Below are positions 45,079-54,201 of a DNA stretch of 64,000 nt, piece by piece. A program made the translations under genes and the position numbers. The DNA is from an uncultured virus (IMG/VR IMGVR_UViG_3300025853_000053) (lineage: Duplodnaviria > Heunggongvirae > Uroviricota > Caudoviricetes): the IMG/VR virus record IMGVR_UViG_3300025853_000053, positions 1 to 64,000 of that record, one strand, 5' to 3'. Every line of letters starts with the position of its first letter. The stretch's first letter is position 1. The notes beneath the pieces were generated by a model that was not told the DNA's origin, searched no databases, and saw only the letters and a list, made by a program, of their open reading frames with translations.

Positions 45079-46032
45079 TTAGAGATCTGCGTATAGGTCG
45101 TCTAGGGACGATGAAGTTTCTGGTGCTGAAGGTTGGCTGATGCCCTTATCCTCTTTTGCAGGTTCGGATCCTACCTTTGTTGAAGAAGCTTCATTATAGA
45201 AATCGTTCGTTGAACTAGAAGATGAAGTTGTAGTAGAAGATTGGTTTACACCTCCTAAAACCTCATTAACTAATCTTCCGTCAGGAACTGAATTCTTAAT
45301 AACATTCATCACACGGTCGGTAGTATTTTGATCCCAATCCTTGTATTCAAATTGTGTGAGGTTATCAGGACCTGTTTTAAGGTATTCCATGATTGCATTC
45401 ATGTCATCCTGATTCTTAGCCATCTTCTTGCCGTTGATCTCGATAGCGGTTCTATCACCAACGAATGAGCAAAGATCGTAGTTGTTCCACTCACCAACTT
45501 TTCTTGTATGTACTGAGAAAAGTTTACCTTCAAAAAGATCGTAAGGGTTGCAAGAATCTCCATATTCAGGCTTGAGCTGTGCTTCGAGCATATCGTTTAG
45601 CTTACGTCCAAATTTGAAGATCATAATTTTTCCCTCAAGCTCAGGATTGTGTTTATCCTGTACGATTTGAATGAGTGAGTAGTAGTCTTCCTTTCTAGAA
45701 AAACTTCTTGATAATTCTTGGTCTGCTGCTGAATGTGAATTTTTCAGCTTCCAGAACATGTCCTTAAGTACTGATTTTTTTCCTACCGTTGACGGACAGT
45801 CAACTGGAAATCCATCACCTGTTGTTGGATCGTTTAGATAAACGTAGTACTTGTGGATTTTTGATTTCGTCGGATCGACGTGGTTAGGAAGAAAACGGAT
45901 CAGCGATTTGTAAACTCCATCCTTTCCGTTTTCCGGATATGGTTTGTAAAATTCTGTTCCTTCTGAATTCTCCTTTTTTGCTTTCGTTACGAATGCTTCC
46001 GCATCCAAATTGAAAATGTCTAAATTACTCAT
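45079..46032 (-). CDS. single-stranded DNA-binding protein (gp32-like)
   Basis: IRFLP, CPSTVG, PELEGKIMIFKFG, NPYDLFEG, NNYD; acidic tail SLDDLYADL. Confidence 0.85.
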   Translation of the reverse strand: MSNLDIFNLDAEAFVTKAKKENSEGTEFYKPYPENGKDGVYKSLIRFLPNHVDPTKSKIHKYYVYLNDPTTGDGFPVDCPSTVGKKSVLKDMFWKLKNSHSAADQELSRSFSRKEDYYSLIQIVQDKHNPELEGKIMIFKFGRKLNDMLEAQLKPEYGDSCNPYDLFEGKLFSVHTRKVGEWNNYDLCSFVGDRTAIEINGKKMAKNQDDMNAIMEYLKTGPDNLTQFEYKDWDQNTTDRVMNVIKNSVPDGRLVNEVLGGVNQSSTTTSSSSSTNDFYNEASSTKVGSEPAKEDKGISQPSAPETSSSLDDLYADL

Positions 46033-46073
46033 GATTTTCTCTTAATTATTTTTTAAAATCCTTTATTTAATCT

Positions 46074-46856
46074 CTAAGTGTCCCAAATGTTTCCCCTAGA
46101 CATTATATATCCAAAACTTTTTTCATCTATTTCGTTTTCTGATACTTCGGTCTCCCAAACATTCTTACCTCGGAGTGAAACTTTGACAAACGGCCTAGAT
46201 AAACCAAATTCAGAACTTTCTATGTGATATCTTAGTAAAGTTTCAGGGTGGAAGTAAATATCGGATAGAATATACTCCTCCAGATAGTCGAACATTTTGC
46301 AGTAATGCTCCATTGCATCTCTACCTCCCCAAGCCAATATATCATTTACCCCACCTTTCCAATCAAACCCAGGAGGAACATTGATCTTATCCAAGTCCTG
46401 TCCTAAATTCAATTCATTGTGAATCTTAATATCCATTCTTCCCTTGATGACGCAATCGTACTTTTGACCTACCTGGATTTCATATTCTTCCATCAAGGAG
46501 TAAGCTTGTCTAATTTTATACCACATCAAAAAAACAGACACTGGATTGATCTCACCAGTCTGTGGACCAAACCCCTCATAAGACCAAGCCCTGTCAATAA
46601 ACTTTCTAATCGCATCAGAACCAAAATCGTCGGTCTTCAAGTGCTTGGGTGAATACATCTTTATAAGATCGTCAATGGTTAAGGAGTCCACTAGATCTTT
46701 AGTTTCAGCATGTAGAGATTGGTTGATTTCACCCGAGGGATTCCAAGTTGATATGAAAACATCAGTATCATACTTATCTAAAATTTCTGACTTGATAAAC
46801 GGGAAGGAATCCTGAGCTTCCCTTATTTGACCAGGAAGTAGCAAGGCAACCCTCAT
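46074..46856 (-). CDS. putative glycosyltransferase-like protein
   Basis: RVALLLPGQIR, DVFISTW, MWYKI, YDCVIKGRMD, NDILAWG, HPETLL. Confidence 0.6.
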   Translation of the reverse strand: MRVALLLPGQIREAQDSFPFIKSEILDKYDTDVFISTWNPSGEINQSLHAETKDLVDSLTIDDLIKMYSPKHLKTDDFGSDAIRKFIDRAWSYEGFGPQTGEINPVSVFLMWYKIRQAYSLMEEYEIQVGQKYDCVIKGRMDIKIHNELNLGQDLDKINVPPGFDWKGGVNDILAWGGRDAMEHYCKMFDYLEEYILSDIYFHPETLLRYHIESSEFGLSRPFVKVSLRGKNVWETEVSENEIDEKSFGYIMSRGNIWDT

Positions 46857-47287
46857 GAATAATTCACAATATAATCAGAACATACACCACAACAACTATC
46901 AACTTTCTCCTCGTACATCTCAGGTAAAACCGCAATGCTTTTGCTAATTGGTTGCATCCCAGGAAAAGCCCAAATGAAAGATTTAGAGGTAAGGGTTACC
47001 TTGTCGTTTTCGTGCCAAAAAACATTGAGATCTCCATATTCCTTCAGATAAACCATAGCTGATATGTTTTTACAATGTATCCATAACTTATCCCCTCTTT
47101 CTAAAAGCCAAGCAAGATGTATTTTGGTTTCTGGAGAATCGTGTCCCAAATAGATTGATGCTCCGGAGATCCAAACGTCGATCTCCACATCATACCCCAG
47201 ATCAAGAGCTTCCTGTATATAGTCAATCGTATTTTCTCTATCCGGATTTGGACCTTTTAAATTACCTCTATGTGATATTAGCTTCAT
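46853..47287 (-). CDS. minimal glycerophosphodiester-phosphodiesterase/PLC-like protein
   Basis: ISHRGN, EN, GYDVEIDVW, LGHD, WIHCKN, GVCSD. Confidence 0.75.
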   Translation of the reverse strand: MKLISHRGNLKGPNPDRENTIDYIQEALDLGYDVEIDVWISGASIYLGHDSPETKIHLAWLLERGDKLWIHCKNISAMVYLKEYGDLNVFWHENDKVTLTSKSFIWAFPGMQPISKSIAVLPEMYEEKVDSCCGVCSDYIVNYS

Positions 47288-47288
47288 A

Positions 47289-48524
47289 TCAGAATATTCG
47301 ATAGTCTAGATCTTCCGAGAAACATTTATTACCCCACTTTTCTATTGCTGCTTTATATTCAGGCTCATCATGATCTCCATCGATAGACTGTCTCATTGCC
47401 AAGGCACCAGCTCTAGTTCCCTGTGGGTGTCCATGCATAGCACCGCCAACGTTTGCCATCCAATCGAAGCTTCCTATTGTTGTATTAATATACTCAACAA
47501 GCCCTGGATGCATACCACAGCTTAAAGCAGGAACAATGTTATAATTCCAAAGGGTTTGTAAGGTATCTTTTATTTCCTGCTCATCTTGGCTCATATAACC
47601 GCCGATCATTCCTGCATGGATCGAATCGACTCCAGACCACCCAGCGATCTTGCACAAAACCGGCCAGTAAATGTGGTTTGGCGCCCTACGGTCAGTAAAG
47701 AATTTATCTCCGCTCTTTTGGAAATGTATCCAGAGATTTGGATTTTGCTTTCTAATAGCACGATAAATTCCCAGGCCGCTCCACACGTTTATGTGTATTC
47801 CGTTCCCACCGTTATCTGCTACAAATTTTGCCCTTTCTAAGGCATATGGACTATCACCATTTATGCAAAAGCAATAAATTACGTCGGGCGCATTCTCTTT
47901 TAACCAAGATGAAATCAAAGGTACTCTTTCTTCAAGAGGGCAGTGGGAAGGGTTAGCAAGTAATTCATCCTCTTTGATGAAATTCACACCACCATAAACC
48001 ATTTCCTTCACAGCTTCGAGAAGAACAGAGGGAGACATACCAACCTTAGGTTTAACTATTCCACCTAAGAAAGGTCTTTGTTTTATACCATTAAATTTCC
48101 TCCATCCATCAATACCATAGGCCGGATTTAAAGAAAATGATCTCTCAGCATCCTCAGGCAAAGAAATGTCCAAGACATGACATTGTCTTACTTCCTCTAT
48201 GTCAACCTGACCACCAGCTATATGACAAAGTATTTGAGAGATCCCATCTTCTTCCAAATTAAGATTTGCTAGAGGAAAAGCTATCTCGATCTCGCCCTCT
48301 TTTAGCTGGGTAAGATCTTCTTCGTTTGCAAGAATAAAGCAACTGTGATTTTCAAACATCTCATCGGTTTCCCACTCGCTCCTATTATTCGGGTTACCTA
48401 TACTTTGACCTATAGCCAAATTCCAGGAAGCTTCCCTCAAAGAAGTTTTAGCTTCCAAAAAGTATTTGACTATAAAATACTGGGATGTATCAAAATCCGC
48501 CTTATTTTTAAAAATGCTTATCAT
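47289..48524 (-). CDS. RuBisCO-like protein (form IV)
   Basis: IAFP, GIDGWR, GIVKPKVG, GGVNFIKEDE, INGD, GVDSIHAG, PALSCG, GGAMHGHPQGTRAGALAMRQ, AIEKWG. Confidence 0.9.
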   Translation of the reverse strand: MISIFKNKADFDTSQYFIVKYFLEAKTSLREASWNLAIGQSIGNPNNRSEWETDEMFENHSCFILANEEDLTQLKEGEIEIAFPLANLNLEEDGISQILCHIAGGQVDIEEVRQCHVLDISLPEDAERSFSLNPAYGIDGWRKFNGIKQRPFLGGIVKPKVGMSPSVLLEAVKEMVYGGVNFIKEDELLANPSHCPLEERVPLISSWLKENAPDVIYCFCINGDSPYALERAKFVADNGGNGIHINVWSGLGIYRAIRKQNPNLWIHFQKSGDKFFTDRRAPNHIYWPVLCKIAGWSGVDSIHAGMIGGYMSQDEQEIKDTLQTLWNYNIVPALSCGMHPGLVEYINTTIGSFDWMANVGGAMHGHPQGTRAGALAMRQSIDGDHDEPEYKAAIEKWGNKCFSEDLDYRIF

Positions 48525-48844
48525 TCAATTACAAATTTATCACCAGGAACCGAGGGGGTCTTAACTATAAAAACTTCACAGTCTTCCAAAAATACGGGGT
48601 CAGCAATTTCATCTTTCCTTAGAATAAACACATCCCCCGAATTTAATTCCCGTCCTTGTATAATCATTTTACCCGATCTGAGGAAGTTTATTTCATCCGC
48701 TTCCTTATGGTAATGTTTTGGCCACTCTTCGCCCTTGAAGTGCTTTTTATAACAAATCTCAAAATCACTAGTTTGGTAAGCTACTGGGGAGAAATCTCCA
48801 GCATACCAACCTCCCTTCATATCTTCAATTCTATAAACTTCCAT
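48521..48844 (-). CDS. cupin-fold protein (sugar isomerase/epimerase-like)
   Basis: GWYAGDF, HYHKEADEIN, VKTPSVPGDK. Confidence 0.75.
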   Translation of the reverse strand: MEVYRIEDMKGGWYAGDFSPVAYQTSDFEICYKKHFKGEEWPKHYHKEADEINFLRSGKMIIQGRELNSGDVFILRKDEIADPVFLEDCEVFIVKTPSVPGDKFVIE

Positions 48845-48847
48845 AAA

Positions 48848-49579
48848 CTAAACCAACTTTAAAAATTTATCCAGGTCCTCTGGGGTACCTATCGGAAAGT
48901 GAAGGTTATAGAAGAAGGGCAATATTTTCTTTCCACTTTTTATCATGTAATTGTAGGTAGGTGCAACATAGAACTCATTATTGTACCGATCGTTTGCTGC
49001 TATCATTTGTTCCGCACTTTCCACAAAGTATTTACCATGCTTCCAAAAATGTAACCCGTTAGTAGCAATGTTGGAAATCACAATTTTTTCCTTCACATCA
49101 CAGACCTCTCCGTTTGGATCTAACTTAACATAGCTGTTCTTTTTAGAAGAGGAAAGAAAACATCCCAACAATCCATCACACCCCGTAGTTCTTGCAAAAT
49201 CTAAAATGAAGTCCAGATTGAAATCCAGAATAATCTGATCACAGTTAACAACAATGAGAGGCAGATCGTTATTGATCGACTGACTTGCAAAGAGAACCGT
49301 TGAAGCTGGTCCTTGTGTTAATGTTGGGGTTGAGAAAATCTCATACGATATTCCCATGTCTGATATATGGGAGTCAAATTCTGTAGGAGAAATATATTCC
49401 TCGTTTATCACAAATACAAAGTGTGCATCTTGATGATTTAGGTTTTTAATCACTGACCTAATCATCGTTTCTCCGCTGACGTCTATAAATGGTTTTATCT
49501 GTAGGTATCCAGCGTCGCTGAATCTCCTTCCAGCACCTCCGAGAGGAATAAGAATGTTAACCTTCTTTGATTGAGTCAT
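48848..49579 (-). CDS. sugar-phosphate nucleotidyltransferase (NTP_transferase family)
   Basis: LIPLGGAGRRF, KPFIDV, GPASTV, VNCDQ, VKEK, NEFYVAP, GTPEDL. Confidence 0.85.
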   Translation of the reverse strand: MTQSKKVNILIPLGGAGRRFSDAGYLQIKPFIDVSGETMIRSVIKNLNHQDAHFVFVINEEYISPTEFDSHISDMGISYEIFSTPTLTQGPASTVLFASQSINNDLPLIVVNCDQIILDFNLDFILDFARTTGCDGLLGCFLSSSKKNSYVKLDPNGEVCDVKEKIVISNIATNGLHFWKHGKYFVESAEQMIAANDRYNNEFYVAPTYNYMIKSGKKILPFFYNLHFPIGTPEDLDKFLKLV

Positions 49580-50228
49580 ATAAAAATAAACATATCCAGG
49601 TCGAATCTATAATATCATCCAATGGCTTGTTTACATTACCGGAGGGAGTTATCCATTCGTCCTTATTTTCTTCTAAAATACTAGTGAAAGACCCTAAATT
49701 AGTTTCTGGAAATTTGTGATCAATAAGAGAATTATAAAGTTCGTGTTTTTTTGCATTTCCCTTAAAAGCGAACTTCTTGATAGAGGTGGGTGAATAAACA
49801 TAGAAATTATCGCTACCTGTATGATCAACTATTTTCTTACGGAGTAGAGCTGTGGCCATAGAGATATCAATCAAAGCATTACCATTAGAGGCAAAACTTA
49901 GTCCTTCCATAGCTACAACAATATCATCACCTGCACAGATATTTTCTACTTCAGACCAAAATTCATCAACGAGCTCCTGAAAATAATCTATCTTTATCCT
50001 TTCCCTTTCCGAGTAGTCTTCTGGCATTTTATCCTTTGACATAAACATAAGAACATAGTCTTCCGTTTTGTCTTCAGATAAAACATAGTAAGGTTTTTTA
50101 GCATTTTTCTTAAGTGATTCTGCAGTCCGGTCACTTCTTGTTAAAGACCCCCAAGTGAATTGATTATCCCTTAGAATACAGAATGCGGGTGAATTAAGGG
50201 AAAAGTCTATCCCAACTAATGTTTTCAA
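49557..50228 (-). CDS. RuvC/RNase H-fold Holliday junction resolvase-like nuclease
   Basis: GIDFSLNSP, MEGLSF, SPTSIKKFA..GNAKK, DDIIDS. Confidence 0.75.
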   Translation of the reverse strand: MKTLVGIDFSLNSPAFCILRDNQFTWGSLTRSDRTAESLKKNAKKPYYVLSEDKTEDYVLMFMSKDKMPEDYSERERIKIDYFQELVDEFWSEVENICAGDDIVVAMEGLSFASNGNALIDISMATALLRKKIVDHTGSDNFYVYSPTSIKKFAFKGNAKKHELYNSLIDHKFPETNLGSFTSILEENKDEWITPSGNVNKPLDDIIDSTWICLFLYDSIKEG

Positions 50229-50253
50229 AATGTATGTGTTTTAGAATACAAGT

Positions 50254-50261
50254 TATATATC
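50254..50261 (-). promoter_or_regulatory. GATATATA late-promoter-like box
   Basis: Just after a terminator; heads the resolvase and RuBisCO-like cassette operon. Confidence 0.65.
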
Positions 50262-50266
50262 AACAC

Positions 50267-50293
50267 AAAAAAGCTCCCCGTTTCCAGGGAGCT
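50267..50293 (-). terminator. intrinsic terminator
   Basis: agctccc...gggagct stem with U6 tail on the minus strand. Confidence 0.75.
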
Positions 50294-50340
50294 GAAACTC
50301 TTATGAGTCGGTCCTTGGATACTATCCAAGGAGAAGTGGG

Positions 50341-50586
50341 TTACATATTAGGCTTTACAACCTCGCCTTTCTTTCCAGTATAGTTGTAATCATTAATGAG
50401 CTTGTCATAACACTTTTTCATCTGATCGTCAGTCAAGCAATCAACAATATCATTTAGCACCCTCTGATCGTTGCCGGATGCAGCTACTAAAAGATCTTTC
50501 ATATGTTGCTTTAGGTCATCCTCGCCGTACATTGGCTGACCATATTTCATTTCATTAATTTTGGTTAAATCTGAGAACTTCTTCAT
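50341..50586 (-). CDS. small protein, putative head-packaged
   Basis: MKKFSDLTKINE; GATATATA at 50608-50615. Confidence 0.7.
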   Translation of the reverse strand: MKKFSDLTKINEMKYGQPMYGEDDLKQHMKDLLVAASGNDQRVLNDIVDCLTDDQMKKCYDKLINDYNYTGKKGEVVKPNM

Positions 50587-50607
50587 ACCTTAGTATTTTT
50601 TGTATTT

Positions 50608-50615
50608 TATATATC
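50608..50615 (-). promoter_or_regulatory. GATATATA late-promoter-like box
   Basis: Upstream of 50586. Confidence 0.65.
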
Positions 50616-51176
50616 TTACCTTTCCCTTCCAATTTCAAGATCAAGACCCAAATAGTTGCATTTGAAGCCCACATTGAAAGTGTAAACAGATGGTGTGTTT
50701 TGTGTGTAGTTCAAGTTTAGTTCGGAGAAAGAGGTTAACGTCACCTCTTTAAACATAACGGTCGTAAGTATATTTCCCTCGTTGTCCAAGGTCCTTAGTG
50801 GCAGATTCTGAATATAGATTCCAGGGTTTTTGAAATCCAGGTAATCCAAAACAGTTTCTAACATAATAAAATAGTTTACAAATCCCTCCGCTATTCTGAA
50901 AGATATCTGGAATTCCCTATTAAACAAATCCTGGACTGGGGTTGCACTTTGATAGTTTACCCTTTTACCAAGTTGTCTTACCTGTTCCGACAAGTCCATA
51001 CTCATAGACGGGAACGTTACACTTTGTATTGTACTATTCATGTAAGAAGTTAAAGTGTCGTAGGGTGTTGGCTGCTTCTTTAAATAATCAATATACTTTT
51101 GATGAACCTCCTCTGGGAAAAAACCCTTAGGGAACACAAAATAAAAACTATTTGCTCTTGCGTTTAATATAGCCAT
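50616..51176 (-). CDS. tail tube/tail terminator-fold protein (gp3/gp19-like)
   Basis: IQSVTFPSM...FQISFRIAEGFVNY...LTSFSEL...TFNVGF. Confidence 0.55.
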   Translation of the reverse strand: MAILNARANSFYFVFPKGFFPEEVHQKYIDYLKKQPTPYDTLTSYMNSTIQSVTFPSMSMDLSEQVRQLGKRVNYQSATPVQDLFNREFQISFRIAEGFVNYFIMLETVLDYLDFKNPGIYIQNLPLRTLDNEGNILTTVMFKEVTLTSFSELNLNYTQNTPSVYTFNVGFKCNYLGLDLEIGRER

Positions 51177-51707
51177 CTATGCAATTTTTTTAAAGGGGAC
51201 AGTATATTCTCTCTCGTTGAACTTATTCACTGCAGAACTAACATCATAATCCCTAAAGTGGTAAAGATCCTCATCCAACGGAGTAACTATCCCGCTCATA
51301 GTATATACTCTTCCTTTGCCATTCTCCTCAATATCTTCAACATCAAGATATGTAATTATCTTTTCCTGACCCAGAAGTTCTTTACCTAGGGCTAGGGTTT
51401 TGTTTTTCCAGGAAATATCAATAAGGAGATCGTACTTTTTACCAATCTCAAATCCACTTATTAATCCTTTTTTAAGGTTCTTTAAATCAGTTACCCCACC
51501 AGATAAGATAATATCAACATCGAGGGTATCATATCTTTTCCCGCTTGTCCCAAAAATATTCTCACAAAACGCACCAGCTAAATACACATCATACTTTAAA
51601 TCCCTGTTATGGTCAACATAGTCTTTCAGCCATAACCTGAACAGTTCCCAAGTGGGGTTTTTAAAGGGTTGATTAGAAAATTGATTTCCTCTCCTATGAA
51701 GATACAT
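51177..51707 (-). CDS. minimal Pol-beta-type nucleotidyltransferase-like protein
   Basis: VYLAGAF...TLDVDIIL...LIDI. Confidence 0.55.
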   Translation of the reverse strand: MYLHRRGNQFSNQPFKNPTWELFRLWLKDYVDHNRDLKYDVYLAGAFCENIFGTSGKRYDTLDVDIILSGGVTDLKNLKKGLISGFEIGKKYDLLIDISWKNKTLALGKELLGQEKIITYLDVEDIEENGKGRVYTMSGIVTPLDEDLYHFRDYDVSSAVNKFNEREYTVPFKKIA

Positions 51708-51718
51708 TTATGACTTAC

Positions 51719-54190
51719 TTAAGATGGATCAGTTGGAAATTGAGGTCCACTGTTTGGACTACCATTGTCGCTTCCCGTTTGATTCTTATTTGATCCTTTT
51801 TGGGATCCACTTCCCCCGTTTGTTCTTCCAGAAGAAGTGTTACCATAATTAAGGAGAAGGCTTAGATCCGCTCTGCTAAATATACCAGTTACTGCTTGTT
51901 CAAAAACTTCTTTACTAATTCCACCATAAAGCTTATACCCAGTTCCAGAAGGGTCTAAGAAATATGAAAGTATATCTGGTGTGCTCCATCCTAGTTCCAT
52001 TTTTCCTTGGACGTCTGATGCAATAGCATTTCGTAGCTGAGCAGGGCTTAGGTTACTTAAATTGCTATTACTGGTTCCTGAAGTTCCCTGGGAAGATGTA
52101 TTTGCCTGAGAATTAACGGATATAGATCCAAACTTTTGCCAAGAAGATTTACCTGTTATTTCCCTTTGTATTGAGGTTGAGGCTGGTGTATTAGCTGATG
52201 TTGCAGAGATGCTACTTAATCCAGTATCTGCAACTACAGTTGTCTGTGGTGCGGTTTCGTCTTCGCTTATCCAATTACCCCAATAAAGAACAGAAGATGA
52301 CTTAGAAGAGATTCTAGCGGTATCCATCTTTACTGACGTATTTTGCTCTGATGCCTTAATACTTTCAGCCCTTAGCTCCGTTATCGAATCATTCAAAGAA
52401 ACCGACCTTGCTGCTAACTTAGCTGATACATTACTGAGCCTAGATACCTTGCTATTTGTATTGCCTGTATTTGCTTCAACCCTAGGTCTATTTGAGATGT
52501 AGAATTTCTTGTTGGTGAACTGTAATATCTGAGTTGCTAATGTTTCATCTATTTTGAAAGCAAGTTCACCCTTAGCTGGTTTAGCAATATTATTATCAAC
52601 TATTGATGGAGCACTAACCTTTTTGTTTTGGTTATTTATAAATACCATAGAATATTCACCAGAAGAAGAGAGATCTATATTTTTTGTAGTTCCATCATTA
52701 GCCTTCTGGAAAAAAGTAAACTTATAATAATTATCAAATGGGGAAATGGTAATATAAGCTTGACCAACACCATAAGAAATTGCTGCTGTTGCAGTTGTAT
52801 CGTTTGACGTATCTTCCCTTAGAGTAGTTCCATTTACAACCAAATTGGTAAGTGAGGTATTCACCAAAGTCCTATCTACAAAAACATTAGAATATTTAGT
52901 TATTTGCTTTGGTGTATTCCTATTACCAGAGATTGAAATATTTGCTCCCCCAGCAACCTTATTGTAAATCTTTTGCTGTTGTGGCAAAACTTGAAGTTGC
53001 AATGGTTGGATTTCAGCACCATATCTACTAACATCAGTTGAAGTATATGTTGCAACCCTTATTAACCTTGATTGGTCCTTATTGTTTACCAGAGTCATTG
53101 TATATCTCAAAGTAAAGGAAGAAGCAACCTGTGGATATCTAACAATTGGTCTTAAAAGATTGGGTACGTCATAGGCAGTTGTCTGTATATTGCTGAAGTT
53201 TGATGTATTCAATAAAGCACCGCCAACTTGCTCCAATGTTTCTATTGTGTGGTTAAGGTAGTAACTATTTCCAATTGAGTTTTGGAAAAGTATAAAATCC
53301 TCAGGGAAGCCTCCATTGTCAGTTGCAAAATATTCGAAATAATCACCCTGGTCAGATGGAGCAATATAAGCACCAATATTTTTAAAAGGATCTGTTGACT
53401 CTAAGGATAAAGAGGCTAAAAGATCGGTTCCGTAAGTATCATAACCGTTTGTGGTAGTAGTGCTTAAAATCTCATAAGCCTTTATCCTTATAGGAGCAGC
53501 AGTTTGATATCCTTTACCACTCTTGCTGGTAAGACCGGCTAAAGTATTAGGCTTATTCGGAGAAGTAGCTGCACCATACTTGTTGTTCATATCAACAAGA
53601 CTTGGTATCTTAACCTCGTAATACTTATCAAAAATATTAGATCCTATAGTAAGTGGATTAGGACTCAAAGTATATGTTTGAGAGGAACCCTTGGATAACT
53701 TTATTTGCGAGAAAGTAACATATGATCCATCCACATCTAAATATTGTATTTGCAATACCAGACCATCAACATTATCAAGATTGTATCCTGCTAATATGTG
53801 ATATCTAACTGAGTCATATACAACTTGAATATTAGAGGTAAATGTTATTTCTAAATTTGCAGTGTTGGTTAGATTCGAATTAAAGTCATTGTAAGGGACT
53901 ATTAAGCTCGGATCTAAAGTTACGAATGTGTTTTGATTAGTCTGTACAACACTATTGTTTCTAGTGTTTTGTGTTACTGACTGATCTTGGTCCAAATTCA
54001 TTATTTGGATGTCATCAGATGGCTGTCCATTATCATCCTCAAGAACACCATTTACCAATTTGTTGAACCCGACAGCAGGAGATCCAGTGTTGACAAAATA
54101 TGTTTCTGGATTAGGCTGATCAGCATACCGATATTCCATAACCAAATATGGGGTTAGTTGAACAAATTTTGATGTAGTTGAAAATGCCAT
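51719..54190 (-). CDS. putative virion structural protein
   Basis: 823 aa, S/T/N-rich, in the tail block. Confidence 0.6.
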   Translation of the reverse strand: MAFSTTSKFVQLTPYLVMEYRYADQPNPETYFVNTGSPAVGFNKLVNGVLEDDNGQPSDDIQIMNLDQDQSVTQNTRNNSVVQTNQNTFVTLDPSLIVPYNDFNSNLTNTANLEITFTSNIQVVYDSVRYHILAGYNLDNVDGLVLQIQYLDVDGSYVTFSQIKLSKGSSQTYTLSPNPLTIGSNIFDKYYEVKIPSLVDMNNKYGAATSPNKPNTLAGLTSKSGKGYQTAAPIRIKAYEILSTTTTNGYDTYGTDLLASLSLESTDPFKNIGAYIAPSDQGDYFEYFATDNGGFPEDFILFQNSIGNSYYLNHTIETLEQVGGALLNTSNFSNIQTTAYDVPNLLRPIVRYPQVASSFTLRYTMTLVNNKDQSRLIRVATYTSTDVSRYGAEIQPLQLQVLPQQQKIYNKVAGGANISISGNRNTPKQITKYSNVFVDRTLVNTSLTNLVVNGTTLREDTSNDTTATAAISYGVGQAYITISPFDNYYKFTFFQKANDGTTKNIDLSSSGEYSMVFINNQNKKVSAPSIVDNNIAKPAKGELAFKIDETLATQILQFTNKKFYISNRPRVEANTGNTNSKVSRLSNVSAKLAARSVSLNDSITELRAESIKASEQNTSVKMDTARISSKSSSVLYWGNWISEDETAPQTTVVADTGLSSISATSANTPASTSIQREITGKSSWQKFGSISVNSQANTSSQGTSGTSNSNLSNLSPAQLRNAIASDVQGKMELGWSTPDILSYFLDPSGTGYKLYGGISKEVFEQAVTGIFSRADLSLLLNYGNTSSGRTNGGSGSQKGSNKNQTGSDNGSPNSGPQFPTDPS

Positions 54191-54201
54191 TTTATCTTTC
54201 T

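Noticed and set aside
47289..48524. A true CO2-fixing RuBisCO (auxiliary carbon fixation)
   Set aside because: E60, N123, H294 and K334 equivalents look substituted, and there is no PRK or small subunit nearby; it fits a form IV RLP.
49557..50228. RuvC domain as a Cas12/TnpB-type effector
   Set aside because: Only 223 aa, with no Zn ribbon, array or guide-like locus; it matches a stand-alone phage resolvase.
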